IMG/VR virus record: IMGVR_UViG_3300049489_000353 | Reading direction: 5' to 3' (one strand) | DNA: 64,000 bases | From: an uncultured virus (IMG/VR IMGVR_UViG_3300049489_000353) | Taxonomy: Duplodnaviria > Heunggongvirae > Uroviricota > Caudoviricetes | Shown: piece after piece, positions 1 to 12,244 of the stretch | Numbering within the stretch: position 1 is the first letter of the stretch | How the letters are laid out: every line of letters starts with the position of its first letter | Made by a program: the position numbers and the translations under genes | Notes under the pieces: generated by a model | Told to the model about the DNA's origin: nothing | Databases searched by the model: none | The model's input: only the letters and a program-made list of their open reading frames with translations

Positions 1-6
1 TTGTAA

Positions 7-63
7 CATAGCTTTTTCATCGGCATTAAAAATTTTTAGAAGGGCGATATGTAGCTTTACCAG
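7..63 (+). repeat. Imperfect direct repeat, copy 1, flanking the Zn-ribbon/HNH gene
   Basis: catagctttttcatcggcattaaaaatttttagaaggg...agctttaccag, similar to 1621-1679. Confidence 0.6.
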
Positions 64-165
64 TAGCTTTTTCGCTGAACTTATATGGTCCCTTTTAAAA
101 AAATTTTTAGCGGAAAATTTATATATACCGTATTGAATTTTTAAGTATTAGGTTAAAATATACGG

Positions 166-1620
166 ATGAATATTAAAGAACTAGAAGCCAAAAGAAAAGA
201 AACAGACGCTAAAGCATGTGCTTTATATGGAAAAAAATCAATTAAAGAAATAGCTACCGAATGTGGTATTTCAGAAAATACAGTCTATCAAATACTATAT
301 AGAAATGGTATATCAAAAGTTCGCTCGTATAAGTTACTATGTCCAGCAGCTAAACCAGTAGCTCAGATAAGCAGCGCAAAAAAATATAGAACAAAAGAGG
401 ACATAATACTGATCCTTAAACAAGCAGGACTTGAAATTGTTAACCCAGAGGAATTTACAACAGTAAAAGACCAGTGCCTTTTAAAATGCTTGAATAATCC
501 TTCACATACGCCATTCAAAAGGGAAATACACGGAACCATTCTTAGGCACGAAAAAAAACCTACGTTTATTTTATGTCCAGAATGTCGAGCATACGAAAGG
601 ATTAAAAAAGTAGCGGCTATGTGTGAACAAAATTTGGAGCTTATTGACTTCAAACATTTGTATACAAAAACAAGTTCATATTATGACATGACATGGAAGT
701 GCAAGCACTGTGAACACATATTCACAAGAACAGACGATGAAACTATCCGTGGAGGGTATGAAGGTTCTAAAAATTGTCCAAATTGTAGACGTATACGAGA
801 AGCAAATTTAAAGTCAATTAAAGATGAGCATGAGAAGCAGAAAAAAGCCGAAAAAGCCGCTTTAGAAGCTTCTAAAAAAGATGCTGCTGCCGCACGCGCT
901 GCCGCAGCCGGCGCGGCTGCAATTAAAAGAGCAGAATTTATATTATCTATAAAATGTAAAATTAAAGACCTTGGATTTGAAATTCAAGAAGAATTTACAA
1001 AATTAGACTGCGTATACACATTAAAATGTACTAAAGATGGAACTATACTTAGAAAAAACTTAAAGGATCTTTTAAAGCTTAAAAACAATTATACTTGCCC
1101 AACATGTCGTATAAAAAAGGTTCTGGAATTATCTCCAAATATAGAACATATACACACTGATGGTGATATCCTTGGCTTTAGATGTAAACACTGTAAGTAT
1201 ATATTCAGCACAGAAAAATTAGAGAATCGTCCATATGATTGCCCAAAATGTGGACGTATTAGACAACGTAAACTTAAGATGTCTGTGTTCACCGACCATA
1301 AACGCTATGAATGGCATTGCCGAAGAGTAACTAAAAAAATAATTACATTATATGATATGAAAGTTAATAATAAAGATGAAGTATTTGACCATAAATTTTC
1401 CATAGCCAAAGCATATCAAAATGCTGTTCCTCCTTTTATTACAGCATATCCAGGTAACTTAGAACCAATGAATAAAGTAGAAAATAACAAAAAACTTGCA
1501 AAATGTAGCATTACCTTGAGTGAGTTGTATATTCAGTTTGGTGAGTGGCTAAAAATACATCCAGAGTACCTAGATTCCGTTAGTATTATAGAAAAACATG
1601 AACTTAAAGAAGTTTCATAA
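166..1620 (+). CDS. Multi Zn-ribbon protein with C-terminal HNH-like domain (putative homing endonuclease)
   Basis: N-terminal HTH-like segment, many CxxC pairs, C-terminal DH...NL...EN motif; AT-rich. Confidence 0.6.
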   Translation: MNIKELEAKRKETDAKACALYGKKSIKEIATECGISENTVYQILYRNGISKVRSYKLLCPAAKPVAQISSAKKYRTKEDIILILKQAGLEIVNPEEFTTVKDQCLLKCLNNPSHTPFKREIHGTILRHEKKPTFILCPECRAYERIKKVAAMCEQNLELIDFKHLYTKTSSYYDMTWKCKHCEHIFTRTDDETIRGGYEGSKNCPNCRRIREANLKSIKDEHEKQKKAEKAALEASKKDAAAARAAAAGAAAIKRAEFILSIKCKIKDLGFEIQEEFTKLDCVYTLKCTKDGTILRKNLKDLLKLKNNYTCPTCRIKKVLELSPNIEHIHTDGDILGFRCKHCKYIFSTEKLENRPYDCPKCGRIRQRKLKMSVFTDHKRYEWHCRRVTKKIITLYDMKVNNKDEVFDHKFSIAKAYQNAVPPFITAYPGNLEPMNKVENNKKLAKCSITLSELYIQFGEWLKIHPEYLDSVSIIEKHELKEVS

Positions 1621-1679
1621 CATAGCCTTTTCATCAGCTTTAGAATTTTTTAAAAGGGAATTCATAAGCAGCTTCCCAG
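1621..1679 (+). repeat. Imperfect direct repeat, copy 2
   Basis: catagccttttcatcagctttagaattttttaaaaggg...agcttcccag. Confidence 0.6.
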
Positions 1680-1697
1680 AAACGATAAATACTCACC

Positions 1698-2246
1698 ATG
1701 GATAATCTTCTCGAACAGCTTAAAGAATCTTGGCAGATCATGTCTGAGGGTGAACAGAAAGAACCATCCTTTTGCTATATGGTCTATGTTGCACCCGATG
1801 ATGCCAAGGATTTTGCTGATATGCAGAAAGAATTGGAGCTAGATGGGGAATTGGTCGAATCTGATAAATTCCATGCGACCATACGGTATGTCAAGACGGA
1901 TAAAGATTACAGCGCATTCGTAGAACATATCAAGTCGATTGAATTACCTTCTTTGACAGCGACCTGTACGAACTTCGCCATTTATGGAAAGAAGAAGGAT
2001 ACTTTGGTTCTGGAACTGGACAGCAAGCCGCTCCATAAGTGGTTTACGAAGATAAATGAATGGTTAACGGAACATGGCTTTCCCAAGTCCGACTTTCCTG
2101 ACTATAAGCCGCATATATCATTAACCGAGAAGGAAGGCATAGTTGCTCCCGAATGGAATGATACATATGCGAAAAAGGTTACCTTCCGTATTCATGTGGT
2201 CACGAATACAGCGCATGACGAGGTTTTAAGACGCAAGAGTAAATGA
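1698..2246 (+). CDS. 2H phosphoesterase, T4 57B/Acb1-like
   Basis: Two HxT/S motifs (FHATIRY, YKPHISL); upstream GATAAATA. Confidence 0.7.
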   Translation: MDNLLEQLKESWQIMSEGEQKEPSFCYMVYVAPDDAKDFADMQKELELDGELVESDKFHATIRYVKTDKDYSAFVEHIKSIELPSLTATCTNFAIYGKKKDTLVLELDSKPLHKWFTKINEWLTEHGFPKSDFPDYKPHISLTEKEGIVAPEWNDTYAKKVTFRIHVVTNTAHDEVLRRKSK

Positions 2247-4937
2247 CCTCTTGCATCTATAAAAGCAACTGCATACTAGTGCGTATGAAACGATATGTGA
2301 AACGCATGGTGATGTATCTGGTACTGATCATCGTATTTCCTATTGGCATCATGGACGGTGTGCTGACATCCCTGTGGCGCTGGCTCACCAATCTGGAATT
2401 TACCGATGTGCATAACAAGTGGCTGAAATACAAAGAGTTATGGGCACGGGTCTATACGGAGACTTCCAAGTAACTGGAAAGTCGCTTCGTCTTGACTTTT
2501 AAAAATAAGCTGTAGTCTGTGACCATGCAGACCGTATCTGATCTATTTTCCCGAATTACGACCTTGTGTGAAATAACTCTGTCTACCACTGATGGTCGGG
2601 AGATGCGGAACAATCTACTCAGCATCCTGAAGCTGATCAATGGTATCCGTACCCATGCAGACGCAACGCCTGATGATATCAAGAGATGTGACCAGATGCT
2701 GATGGTTCTGGACTGTATAAGTAAAAAGATCGAACAATATAGCCAAGATAAGAAACCCTAAAGAAACGCCATGAACCACAAAGAATGGATGACTGATATG
2801 GTGATGGCTATCGAGCAGCAGCGTAAAGTATATAATGAAGAGAACTTATCTGGTGATGAATTGCGGGCACGGAAGCATGATGCCACGCGGGAAGCATTTG
2901 ATAAGGTACTGCATGTGTTCTATAAAGAGTATGGTCTGAGCCTGGATGAAATGTCCGAGATTCTGGAAAAGAAAAAGATTCGTCATGCCTATGGTGTGAA
3001 GAACGCGGCACAGTGGAGATAACCATGAAAAACATCTTATTCTGCGTTTCAAGCCACGATAACGATAGCCACTTTATCGTGTCTTCCGATACATTGACGG
3101 AACAGTTGCAGTCCATATATGACGAAGCCATCAAGAACGATGGTGTATTTTATATGGAAGGATATCCCGAATGCGTCAACAATAAGGATGGTCTGACCTT
3201 GGTTTCTTTACCAGCGACTATTGATGTCGTAATTCATATTCATTGCTACATGTAAGGAAACATATGAAGAAGTTTTCTCTGAATGATCTATCCCGTGAAG
3301 ATTACGAGTCGGCGCGGCTTGTTTTAGAGGCTGTGAATGTTGCTGGGATTGTATGGAGAAAACATGTGCGTGTTCGTGACATGAGTTGGATTTCTGGTTA
3401 CACGGGTCTGTCTATCAAGGTCATCAACCAATCACTCAAGCATCTTCGGAAAAACTATGAGTGATCCTATTCTCACCATAACCGAAACCTATGTCAACTG
3501 TGAGCCTGGCATGTCGCTTCAAGAGGAACGCGAAGCTATGCAGAGAATCAGCGACCATAAAGCCGATATTATACACTTCTTGACGAAAGCACAAGAATGT
3601 GTTCAAGACAACAATGATGCTTTGGCTGCAACACATATACGGAAAGCGCAGCTATTGATGGACTCATTGATCATCTACAAGCTGCACCGAGGAATATAAG
3701 ATGCCATCACTCACCGTCGCTGAATTGATTGTGAAACTCCAGCAGCTTCCCCAGGATCTTCCTGTGGTCGCTGGAACCGATTTTGCGGTTCCTATCGTGG
3801 ATGTCAGTGTGGTGCGTATGGACCAAGACAATTTCCTCGATGAAGATAAGAACGGACCAGGAATTCTGGTAGTCGCATACAGTGAAGGAGAATGGTAATG
3901 ACACCAGCCCAATCATTCGCATGTATTAACAGTCTCTGTAAGATACTTGAAGATAACAATTTTAAAGATATTCGGGAATGTCGGAATACAACGCCCGCCA
4001 TACTTGGTCATGTGAAGCGGATTCTCCAACATCCCGATGTGACTCAACATGATATCGATAAATGTGTGAAGATTATGAATGGTATAGAGAATATTTTGAA
4101 AAAGGAAAAGAAGCATTTAGATAATCTTCGTAGAAAGAAATCATCATGAGATATCGTATTATCTACTGTAAGGAATATAACGACAAACGAGAAATCAAGG
4201 ATACTTGGTGGGAAGTGCAATGTTTGAAGAGCAAATGGTGGAGTTTCGGAGAGCGTTGGTTCACCGAAATGCAAGCATTCTGGTCAACTGGTGGAGATTT
4301 TTATGAGCCTATGCGATTTGAATCGGAAGAACGTGCCGAAGCGTATATAGGTAGGGCATTGAATAACATTCCGAAAAATACAGTCATTCGAGAACCCATT
4401 GCCGATAATATCAAATCAAAATAGGAACATACCATGTCACACTTCCTTGTTTTTTTCGACACACTGACTGATGAAATCGGAGGCGACGGATCCGACTATT
4501 TCATCAAAAAGAATATCGTTGAAGCGAAAAATCCGAAAGATGCTGTCAAGGTCATGATGAAAAAGATCGTCAAGGCGAATTTCGGTGCGAAACCGGATCC
4601 CGACGATCGAGAGGATCTGATCAGGCAGCTTAAAGACGGTGGAGCAACCGTCGTAGAGCTTGTGAGTCCGAAAGTCACCTGTATCGATTTGGATAAAATA
4701 ACATGTATATAAAAACAAAATCCGAGATTCTGGCAATTTACTTTAGTCAACGGATGTATGCTGAACGGTGTGCAGCGGACTTACAAGAGCCGCCAGCGGC
4801 TGATCACAATGATACATTCTTTCGTAATAGTTGTCGGACCATGATTGAGGAAATGGACAAGGAAAGCCGCGACATGGAAGCGGAATATCCATGGCTGCTT
4901 GAGGTCAAAGCCGTTGTTGATAAAATAGGAGCCTGAC

Positions 4938-5294
4938 ATGGGTATAGGACTAGGCAGCCGAAGTAGAGATAGATACGATGATCGTGTATGTACTCGTAAG
5001 AAATCTGACAAGCTGCCGAATCCCGATCCGTCCAATTTCATCATTACTGAAAGCCTCCAGATCGGTAATATCCTGTTGGTGAAGATCAAGTATCCTGACT
5101 GCACCAATTATGAGGGCATGAAGATTCTGGTCTATGAAGATACGACCATACAAGCACTGATTGCCCAGCAGAAGATCGATCCGCATTTCAGCGAGAATGC
5201 CAAATACAAGTCCCCTCTTGCACGCTTCGAGCCGACTGATCATGGCTGGTCGTGTGCCAAGGTGCTTGCCAACATTTTAAGGAATAAGCCATGA
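4938..5294 (+). CDS. Hypothetical phage protein
   Basis: ORF with SD (AGGAG), in a packed gene run. Confidence 0.55.
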   Translation: MGIGLGSRSRDRYDDRVCTRKKSDKLPNPDPSNFIITESLQIGNILLVKIKYPDCTNYEGMKILVYEDTTIQALIAQQKIDPHFSENAKYKSPLARFEPTDHGWSCAKVLANILRNKP

Positions 5295-5931
5295 ATGAAC
5301 GATTAAGCGGTTTTCTTGTTCTTGTTAGTGTAATTATTGTCGTAGTGTTTTTAGGAATGGCTATGGGACATATCATGTTACGGAACAGCGATGGGTCACT
5401 CAAAACAACGTGGTCTGAATATAAAGAAGTCGTTGGAAAGTCATTCAAGTGGAATGGAAATGACATCATAGTTACGAGTATTGGTGACAATGGAACATAT
5501 ATCATTGTTATTCTTGCCGCGAATCCGAACCAATCGCCATTATCGGTGAGAGCGGATCGTGATATGATATATGAAGCCTATAAAGCCGGTCGGCTCGTTG
5601 AGAAATCTAAACAATAATTTAAGGAATAAGCCATGAGAAAATCCGCCATCAAACAAGCCATGCGTGAAATTCAAGAGCAGCGTGTTGAGCTTAACCATCT
5701 TGAATGTTACTTGAAGCAGCTTGCTGCGGGCAAGAAAAGCCCCGTATACAAGGGCATGAGTAAAGAGGAAATCGAAGAAATTCTGACCGGCTGCCAAGGT
5801 TCTGCGGCTGATTTGAGCATGGAAATGGAAGAGCGGCAACAAGACATCACATCCTGTTGCAATGACGGGTTTTAGCGGTTTCTTGACAAGCGACTAATAG
5901 GTGTTAGTATAAACATAACGGAGGATATGCC

Positions 5932-7005
5932 ATGGGCTGTTGGAACGGAACCTGTTTTCTCTCGCATCTGTCCATTTCCCATGGTGATCGGGTTGTCATG
6001 CAACTCCTTATACCGAATACGGGAAAGGGGTCACGAAATTATGTGGATTTAGAGGCATACACTCCTGACCAAGACCCACGCGATATCAATGGTTCATGTA
6101 ATGCGAATGATGAATTGGCACCATTTGCTCCCATACTGACGGGAATCTATAATGATTATGGTTCCATGGATCAAGTGGAATCGAACACGGCGCTGGTATT
6201 CTTCAAGAAATATGTCAAGGCACTGGTCGCCAACAAGCAACTGGTATCATTGGCTCCCGTGGATAAGTGGCTTGGTCGTGTACGGAAAGGCGTTGAGCCG
6301 CCGCTGTTGCGTGGCATAGACGCGACCTATCCCGTGGATGTCGATAATATCGATGAATTTTTGGGTATGGTCGAACGCGGTAGCATTCTCGTCAAGTCGA
6401 TATTTGGTCATTGGGTCCGCTTGCGTTTTGTGATGATGCATGCGGACATCTATGATGGTGTTGTGGCTGAAACGACGAAGATGAAGGATTGGAGTGGCAA
6501 GCGCATATTTGATGCGTATGAAAACAAGCAGCAAGAAATTGTGGATTATTATGTTCGTGGTGTCGTGCCGGGAAAGAAAGATGACGGCGATAGTAACTTA
6601 CATATTGCGAAAAGCTTGCTGGACGAAGCTGAAAAGATAGCTAAACACATAGGGAAAGACACGGCGAAGATTCAAACACAGCGAAAAGCGGTGTTCAGCA
6701 TGTTTGCCAACGAAATGCTCTGGAAAGATTTTTCATATAGTGAATATCGTCCCGAATGTATCAACTACATCAAGGATTTCTGCGAGGACAAGAAAAACAA
6801 ACAGCATGTTGAAACCATCGTGTCTGGTCTATACGATGTGTTAGCAATGGTTCTGTATATCAGCAAGATGCGGCGGTCCTGGGCAATGACCAGCGGCGGT
6901 GGTTCTCAAGACGATAATATCGGCGCGGTCGCCAAACACAATACCATGGTCAACAGCTTCATCAAGAATTACAAGAAAGAATTGAAAAAGAGGTATGCAG
7001 AATGA
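5932..7005 (+). CDS. Hypothetical phage protein
   Basis: 357-aa ORF, GGAGG SD, upstream promoter-like sequence. Confidence 0.7.
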   Translation: MGCWNGTCFLSHLSISHGDRVVMQLLIPNTGKGSRNYVDLEAYTPDQDPRDINGSCNANDELAPFAPILTGIYNDYGSMDQVESNTALVFFKKYVKALVANKQLVSLAPVDKWLGRVRKGVEPPLLRGIDATYPVDVDNIDEFLGMVERGSILVKSIFGHWVRLRFVMMHADIYDGVVAETTKMKDWSGKRIFDAYENKQQEIVDYYVRGVVPGKKDDGDSNLHIAKSLLDEAEKIAKHIGKDTAKIQTQRKAVFSMFANEMLWKDFSYSEYRPECINYIKDFCEDKKNKQHVETIVSGLYDVLAMVLYISKMRRSWAMTSGGGSQDDNIGAVAKHNTMVNSFIKNYKKELKKRYAE

Positions 7006-8164
7006 ATAGCTTAGAATTACGGCGATCCGTCTTTGGGCAAGCAACAGCCGAAGAATTTTTCACATTCATCGAATCGATGGATGCGAAGCGACAGGCATTC
7101 TGCTATTTCACATACTTGGAACGGTTGGTGCGGTTTGATCGCAACCAGGCGGAACGGTTTGTCTCGCGGTGCGAGTCAGAGAAGCGCGGAACAGATCGTA
7201 TTCGGAGCCTCATGCAGAACATGATCAGACGCAGCCGATAGGAAAATATATGGATCTATCGTCAGTCTCTACACACGATCTTACATGTGAATTGCGTAAT
7301 CGTGAAGTGAAACGAAAAGATGAAATACGCGCAGCGGGAGGTTACCATGTGCGTATGACCATAAGTGAACTGGTAGACAAACTAGACAGACAAAATATCT
7401 TATATAAGCACAGAGCTATTAAACTTGATAAAGCATTGTTTTGGCTGGAATATCGAGAGTATTTTAATGCTCATGGTGGTCTTATATATGGTCTGCAATG
7501 TGAAATGAACGGACAATTATACTTCAAAAACCACCTGGAAGCAATGTGTTGCGATATTGAAATTGGAGAATGGTTTAAATACTTTTAATTATTTCTCGTC
7601 TTGGAAGAATTCTTTTAGCTTCTCTTTCAGTTGCCTGGCGGTTTCCGTATCCAATGCAACAGATATTTCATTGTCGTTTATATCCCATGTAGTAATTTTT
7701 ACACATGGAATATATGGATTGATTTTGAGTTGACCCATTACGCAGACATCATTGGGCATTTGTAATTTCCTTAATGTATGATTTACCTGCACCTGGGTTG
7801 CCGACAATGCACCATATTTGTCCATTGGGTAATCCTGCAAATTTAATACCAGCATCGCAGTACGGGCAAGCTTTCTTCAATGGTTTCTGCCAACGATAGA
7901 TTGTCATTCCATCAATTTCGAAGTAGCTTACTATTCCCGTATCCTTACAGACACCACATGCATACTCACTCATGTGGTTCTCGTTCAAGTATTTCCTCGA
8001 TGGACTTCTTTAAATCAAGCATTTCAATACGCAACATAAAGGTGTCTTTGTAACCTTTTGTATTTTGGCATCCACTAATAACCCATTCCAGGTACGCAGT
8101 TTCAACTTTATGTATTTTATTTTTTAACAATACAATGTCACTTGAGAACATTCTTAAGCTCCTT

Positions 8165-8563
8165 TTACTTGTGGTACTCAACCCAATATGGTTTTACAAC
8201 GATAGCAATCTGCCAACCATCAAAGGCAATGGAATCAACATTATCTTGCTTGATATCATTCACCAAGTCACAGTAACCACCGTCAGCAGATATAAACACT
8301 TCAAATCCTTTTCCACAACTTCCATCGCAATCTGGTTCTCGCGGATACTCAATGCTTGCTAACCAACTCTTGATAAACTGAAAGACATATTCAACTTTAT
8401 TTGAACCAAACGGAATCTTCTCTAAACCTTCTTTTTGCCTATGGTAAATATATAAAGTATTATCTAACACCTTGAAACCAGTGATTTTAGGTAATCTCAA
8501 TATCTCCAAGGCACTTTTAAGATGCTCGTCTCTGTCTGATGAAATAGAAAGTTTATGCCACAT
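8165..8563 (-). CDS. Hypothetical protein, minus-strand island
   Basis: One of a run of abutting minus-strand ORFs, 7589-9057. Confidence 0.55.
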   Translation of the reverse strand: MWHKLSISSDRDEHLKSALEILRLPKITGFKVLDNTLYIYHRQKEGLEKIPFGSNKVEYVFQFIKSWLASIEYPREPDCDGSCGKGFEVFISADGGYCDLVNDIKQDNVDSIAFDGWQIAIVVKPYWVEYHK

Positions 8564-8565
8564 GT

Positions 8566-9057
8566 TTATATTCCTCTAGCTTTTTTCATAACTTGTTCCC
8601 ATATTTCGGCTGGTGTATTCTTTTTCATATCGGATATGGCTGTTTGTATATCAACATCAGTTTTAATGCTTTCGATTCTTTTCAATGTCTGCACATCGTC
8701 GGTTGACATATAGAGAAAGTTTGTATGGGAATACTCGCAGTTATTTTTGAAGTTGCGTATGAAATCACGAAATCCATTACTGAGACATACCCAGCCTATA
8801 TTTGAAATTTGCAAATCAGAGCAATATGGCATACGAATCCATTCACCAAATGGCACTGGCTTAACTTTGAATAATTTTTTGAATGAACCACTTGCATATT
8901 CTTCGTAATTGGATTGCAGTCGTTGTAAATTTCTATATGTAGTGTATGCATCCGTAGCGTCTTCTGCGCCGTTTAATATCAATTGTATTTTGATTATGGA
9001 CACTTCGGTATATGATGTTTTTTGCATATCTTCCTCATCATGCTGTGAATAAAACAT
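8566..9057 (-). CDS. Hypothetical protein, minus-strand island
   Basis: 163-aa ORF abutting 8165-8563. Confidence 0.5.
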   Translation of the reverse strand: MFYSQHDEEDMQKTSYTEVSIIKIQLILNGAEDATDAYTTYRNLQRLQSNYEEYASGSFKKLFKVKPVPFGEWIRMPYCSDLQISNIGWVCLSNGFRDFIRNFKNNCEYSHTNFLYMSTDDVQTLKRIESIKTDVDIQTAISDMKKNTPAEIWEQVMKKARGI

Positions 9058-9782
9058 ACGGAATGTGTAAGTCTATTGTGTGTTTTTAGACAGCAATAGG
9101 TTTGTGATTGCATATTGACACAGTGAAGAATCCTGGTAAGCTGACCATATGGAAACGCACAAAGAGCGGCTGACCAAGATCCTCTGGGATGTTGCCCGCA
9201 TGGAATTATGCACGAAAAGACATAAGAAAGACGCACAATGTATTGTGTTAGTTACCTTGGGTGATATTGGTGCGGTAGCTGGTAAGCTGCTTGAGGATAA
9301 AGACTTCCAGCAACTGGCGAAAGATATGTTGAATTCTCCAGGGGACTCGGTAGGATCCGTACCATGACCGTAGAACTCCCCCGTTTCAATCCAGAAACCG
9401 AGTACGATGCTCCCGAGCCATATGCGGTCATGGGTGAATCTTCGTATGGTAGTTACATTCATCGTGATCAACTTAAAGATCGGCTACAAAAGGCGTTAAC
9501 GAGTGCTTCGCCATTCTCTGCGCAAGCAGATGCCTTTCGTGAGGTCATTGCTTGGCTAGGAGAGGACTAGTATGTTGATACACAATTATACAACGACAGT
9601 TATTGGTTGGGCAATTTGGTTTGAACAACCAAAGCAAAAATTTTTGTATAGTAAAACATTTAAAACACGCCGAGAGGCGCGAGACTATTGGCGATGGAAG
9701 ACATGTAAGAACCCAATGTATAAAGTCGTTAAGGTCAAGGAAAAGATACATAACACAGTACGGCTTATAGGAAGGGACTGAC

Positions 9783-10004
9783 ATGAAGTGGATCAAAGTT
9801 ACTGAGGTACTTCCTCCCGATGAAGAAGAGGTTCTTGTCTGGATCGACGGGCATCGCGGTCCATCCTATAGCAATAGTTATGCGATGGTAGCACATCGTT
9901 GGAACGGAAAATGGTGGATATATGGTGACCGTGAGCCATGTGTTGGCGTTGTTCTGTGGACGAAATATACTAAACCAAATAAGGCACTATATGTCCCAAG
10001 ATAA
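9783..10004 (+). CDS. DUF551-like small phage protein
   Basis: MKWIKVTEVLPP...VLVW...W pattern. Confidence 0.55.
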   Translation: MKWIKVTEVLPPDEEEVLVWIDGHRGPSYSNSYAMVAHRWNGKWWIYGDREPCVGVVLWTKYTKPNKALYVPR

Positions 10005-10884
10005 TACCATTCAGCCTAAATCTGAACTTCGCCAGAAGATGGAAAGGGACTTTATACAAGAAGGGCGGCGAGCAGAATTTACGCTTATGTGTTTTGCTGC
10101 CATTATCTCTCGTTATAGAGCGTTCCAGTTTGAGAAGAATTTCTTCGTCAAACATCCCGAATATGCCGAGTTCAAGGACGATAATCGCATGTGGGATTAT
10201 TCGCCAAGAGAAGCAAACAAATATGCCGCTTTGTATGACAATCCCGAGTTTGTGGCGCATCTGGAAGCTCTCACGAAGCTCTGTGATGATTTCAAGCCCG
10301 TTTGTAACGCGGTCGATGACTAAAACCAAACAAGGCACTATATGAATAATAAACATTTTTTCGCGCTGCTGTTCGACAAGCACCGTGAGTTGCTTAAGCG
10401 TCAACAGAAGTTGCGCGAAGAGGCTACTTCGCTGGGATTTGATATTCGTGTCTTTGAAACCATGTTCAAGGAAGCTAAAAAGTCGCTTCCTCCAGAATAT
10501 AACATGTGGTCATTGGCTGATGAAAAGTGCCCATTCGAAACACTGATGAATTTCACAGTTATGCATAAGGGAGAGGAAGTACCATTCCTGTCCGAGACAT
10601 ATTTGTACGAAACCATCGGCAAGGATAATGCACGAACGGTTTTGTCACTGATACGGTCCATCTACACGGCTGCTGGAAAGTCGTGTGATGTATGAGTAGC
10701 AATGAAAAATTGGATATCAGCGTTGTTCGCTTACGCGAATTGAAAAAATCAGTTGATGATTTTGTCAAATCGCGTGGCGTCGATGACTTGGCTGATGTTG
10801 CAAATAAACTCGCCAATATTTATTCAGAAATCAGTGGCGTCGATTGTGTGTTGAAAGTCGCTGGAAAGAGATAAGGAAAATATC

Positions 10885-11211
10885 ATGGCAAAACTCAAAA
10901 TAACCAAATCCAAAACACATCGCGGATTTGCGCACAACACCTTCGTGGATTATTATGGTAATAAATGTTCCATACAAAAGTCCAGTTTGGCTACGGATGA
11001 TGCTATCTGGTTTGGTATCGATGATGCCAAACCAGAAGTCATGGCAATTGATGCAGCCGAGCTTGGTATCAAGACAAACGAAACGACGGGCTGGGTGCCA
11101 TATCCAATTCCCGATAATGTTTCATTGCATACGCGCATGCACTTGACGAGGGATCAGGTCGAGCAGCTTCTGCCGATTCTCAAGCGGTTCGTAGACACGG
11201 GTAATGTATAA
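10885..11211 (+). CDS. Conserved-looking hypothetical phage protein
   Basis: RGF...CSIQKSSLA...IWFG...RMHLTRDQV; AAGGA SD. Confidence 0.6.
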   Translation: MAKLKITKSKTHRGFAHNTFVDYYGNKCSIQKSSLATDDAIWFGIDDAKPEVMAIDAAELGIKTNETTGWVPYPIPDNVSLHTRMHLTRDQVEQLLPILKRFVDTGNV

Positions 11212-11232
11212 ACCACGGAAAAGGAGCTAGCC

Positions 11233-11673
11233 ATGGGCTGCGACATTCACGCATTCTTGGAATATAAGAATAAAAATAAATGGATCAGCAAGGGTCGCAT
11301 CTTTGGCGGCGGCTGGCGTGACTATGAAGTATTTGGTATTTTGGCTGGTGTTCGTACACCCATCACACCAATCATTCCTTTGCGTGGCATGCCGAAAGAT
11401 GCATGCAAAGATGCATTCGAGAGTTTCAAAGAATATGGGTGTGATGGACATTCGCATACATGGTACATGGCTAATGAGCTAATAGATTGGAACAGGAAAC
11501 TTGTTTATAATAAAAAGCCAAAGTTTGAAAGTTGGTATGGATATTCAAAGGATTTTATTTCGGAGAATAAAACGCAAATTCTAGAAAGTTATGAAAGTTT
11601 CATCGAGGAATTAGAAGGATATCTTGAATACGAGCCAAATGTATGTCGCATAGTCATGTTTTTCGATAACTAA
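11233..11673 (+). CDS. Hypothetical phage protein (MGCDIH...FDN type)
   Basis: MGCDIH start, R-x-Y-x-x-F-G-x-L-A-G-V-R core, FFDN end. Confidence 0.65.
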   Translation: MGCDIHAFLEYKNKNKWISKGRIFGGGWRDYEVFGILAGVRTPITPIIPLRGMPKDACKDAFESFKEYGCDGHSHTWYMANELIDWNRKLVYNKKPKFESWYGYSKDFISENKTQILESYESFIEELEGYLEYEPNVCRIVMFFDN

Positions 11674-11685
11674 CAAGGATACAAC

Positions 11686-11997
11686 ATGTTCAATAACAAT
11701 CGCGGATTCACCATAGTTGAATTAATAGTCGTTTTATCAATTATTGCCATTCTTGCTGGAATGATTATTCCGGCAATTGGTTTGGTTATAAAAGCCGCTA
11801 ATAAAAATAAAGACGGTACAACGAGTAGCAATGATCCGTGGAAAACATCAAAGGACATGACACCACACGGTGCAGCCGAGACATATATCCTTACCGATCC
11901 CAAGACAGGTCAACAGTGGGTTATTGTTCGTATGAGAGGATACAGTGGCATTTCTATGCTACCATATAACCCCGAAGTCAAAGTGAAAGTAGAATAG
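11686..11997 (+). CDS. Prepilin-type N-terminal cleavage/methylation protein
   Basis: RG|FTIVELIVVLSIIAILAGMIIPA class III signal peptide. Confidence 0.8.
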   Translation: MFNNNRGFTIVELIVVLSIIAILAGMIIPAIGLVIKAANKNKDGTTSSNDPWKTSKDMTPHGAAETYILTDPKTGQQWVIVRMRGYSGISMLPYNPEVKVKVE

Positions 11998-12244
11998 CCA
12001 TGGACGAAAATGATGTAAAAGAATTTAGAAAAATTGAGAAAGAATGGTCACAGCGAAGGATGTGGAATAATATTTTATTGGTGTTGAATACAGCAGCATT
12101 TATTACATGGTATAATCAACCAACCGTATTTTCGTCACTGATCATACACGCTGTATGCTTCTTTACATTATTAAATGCGTATTGTTTATACAAGATCAAC
12201 AAGCGGCTGGACGCGGCATATGATCGTATCACAAAGGAAGCAGC

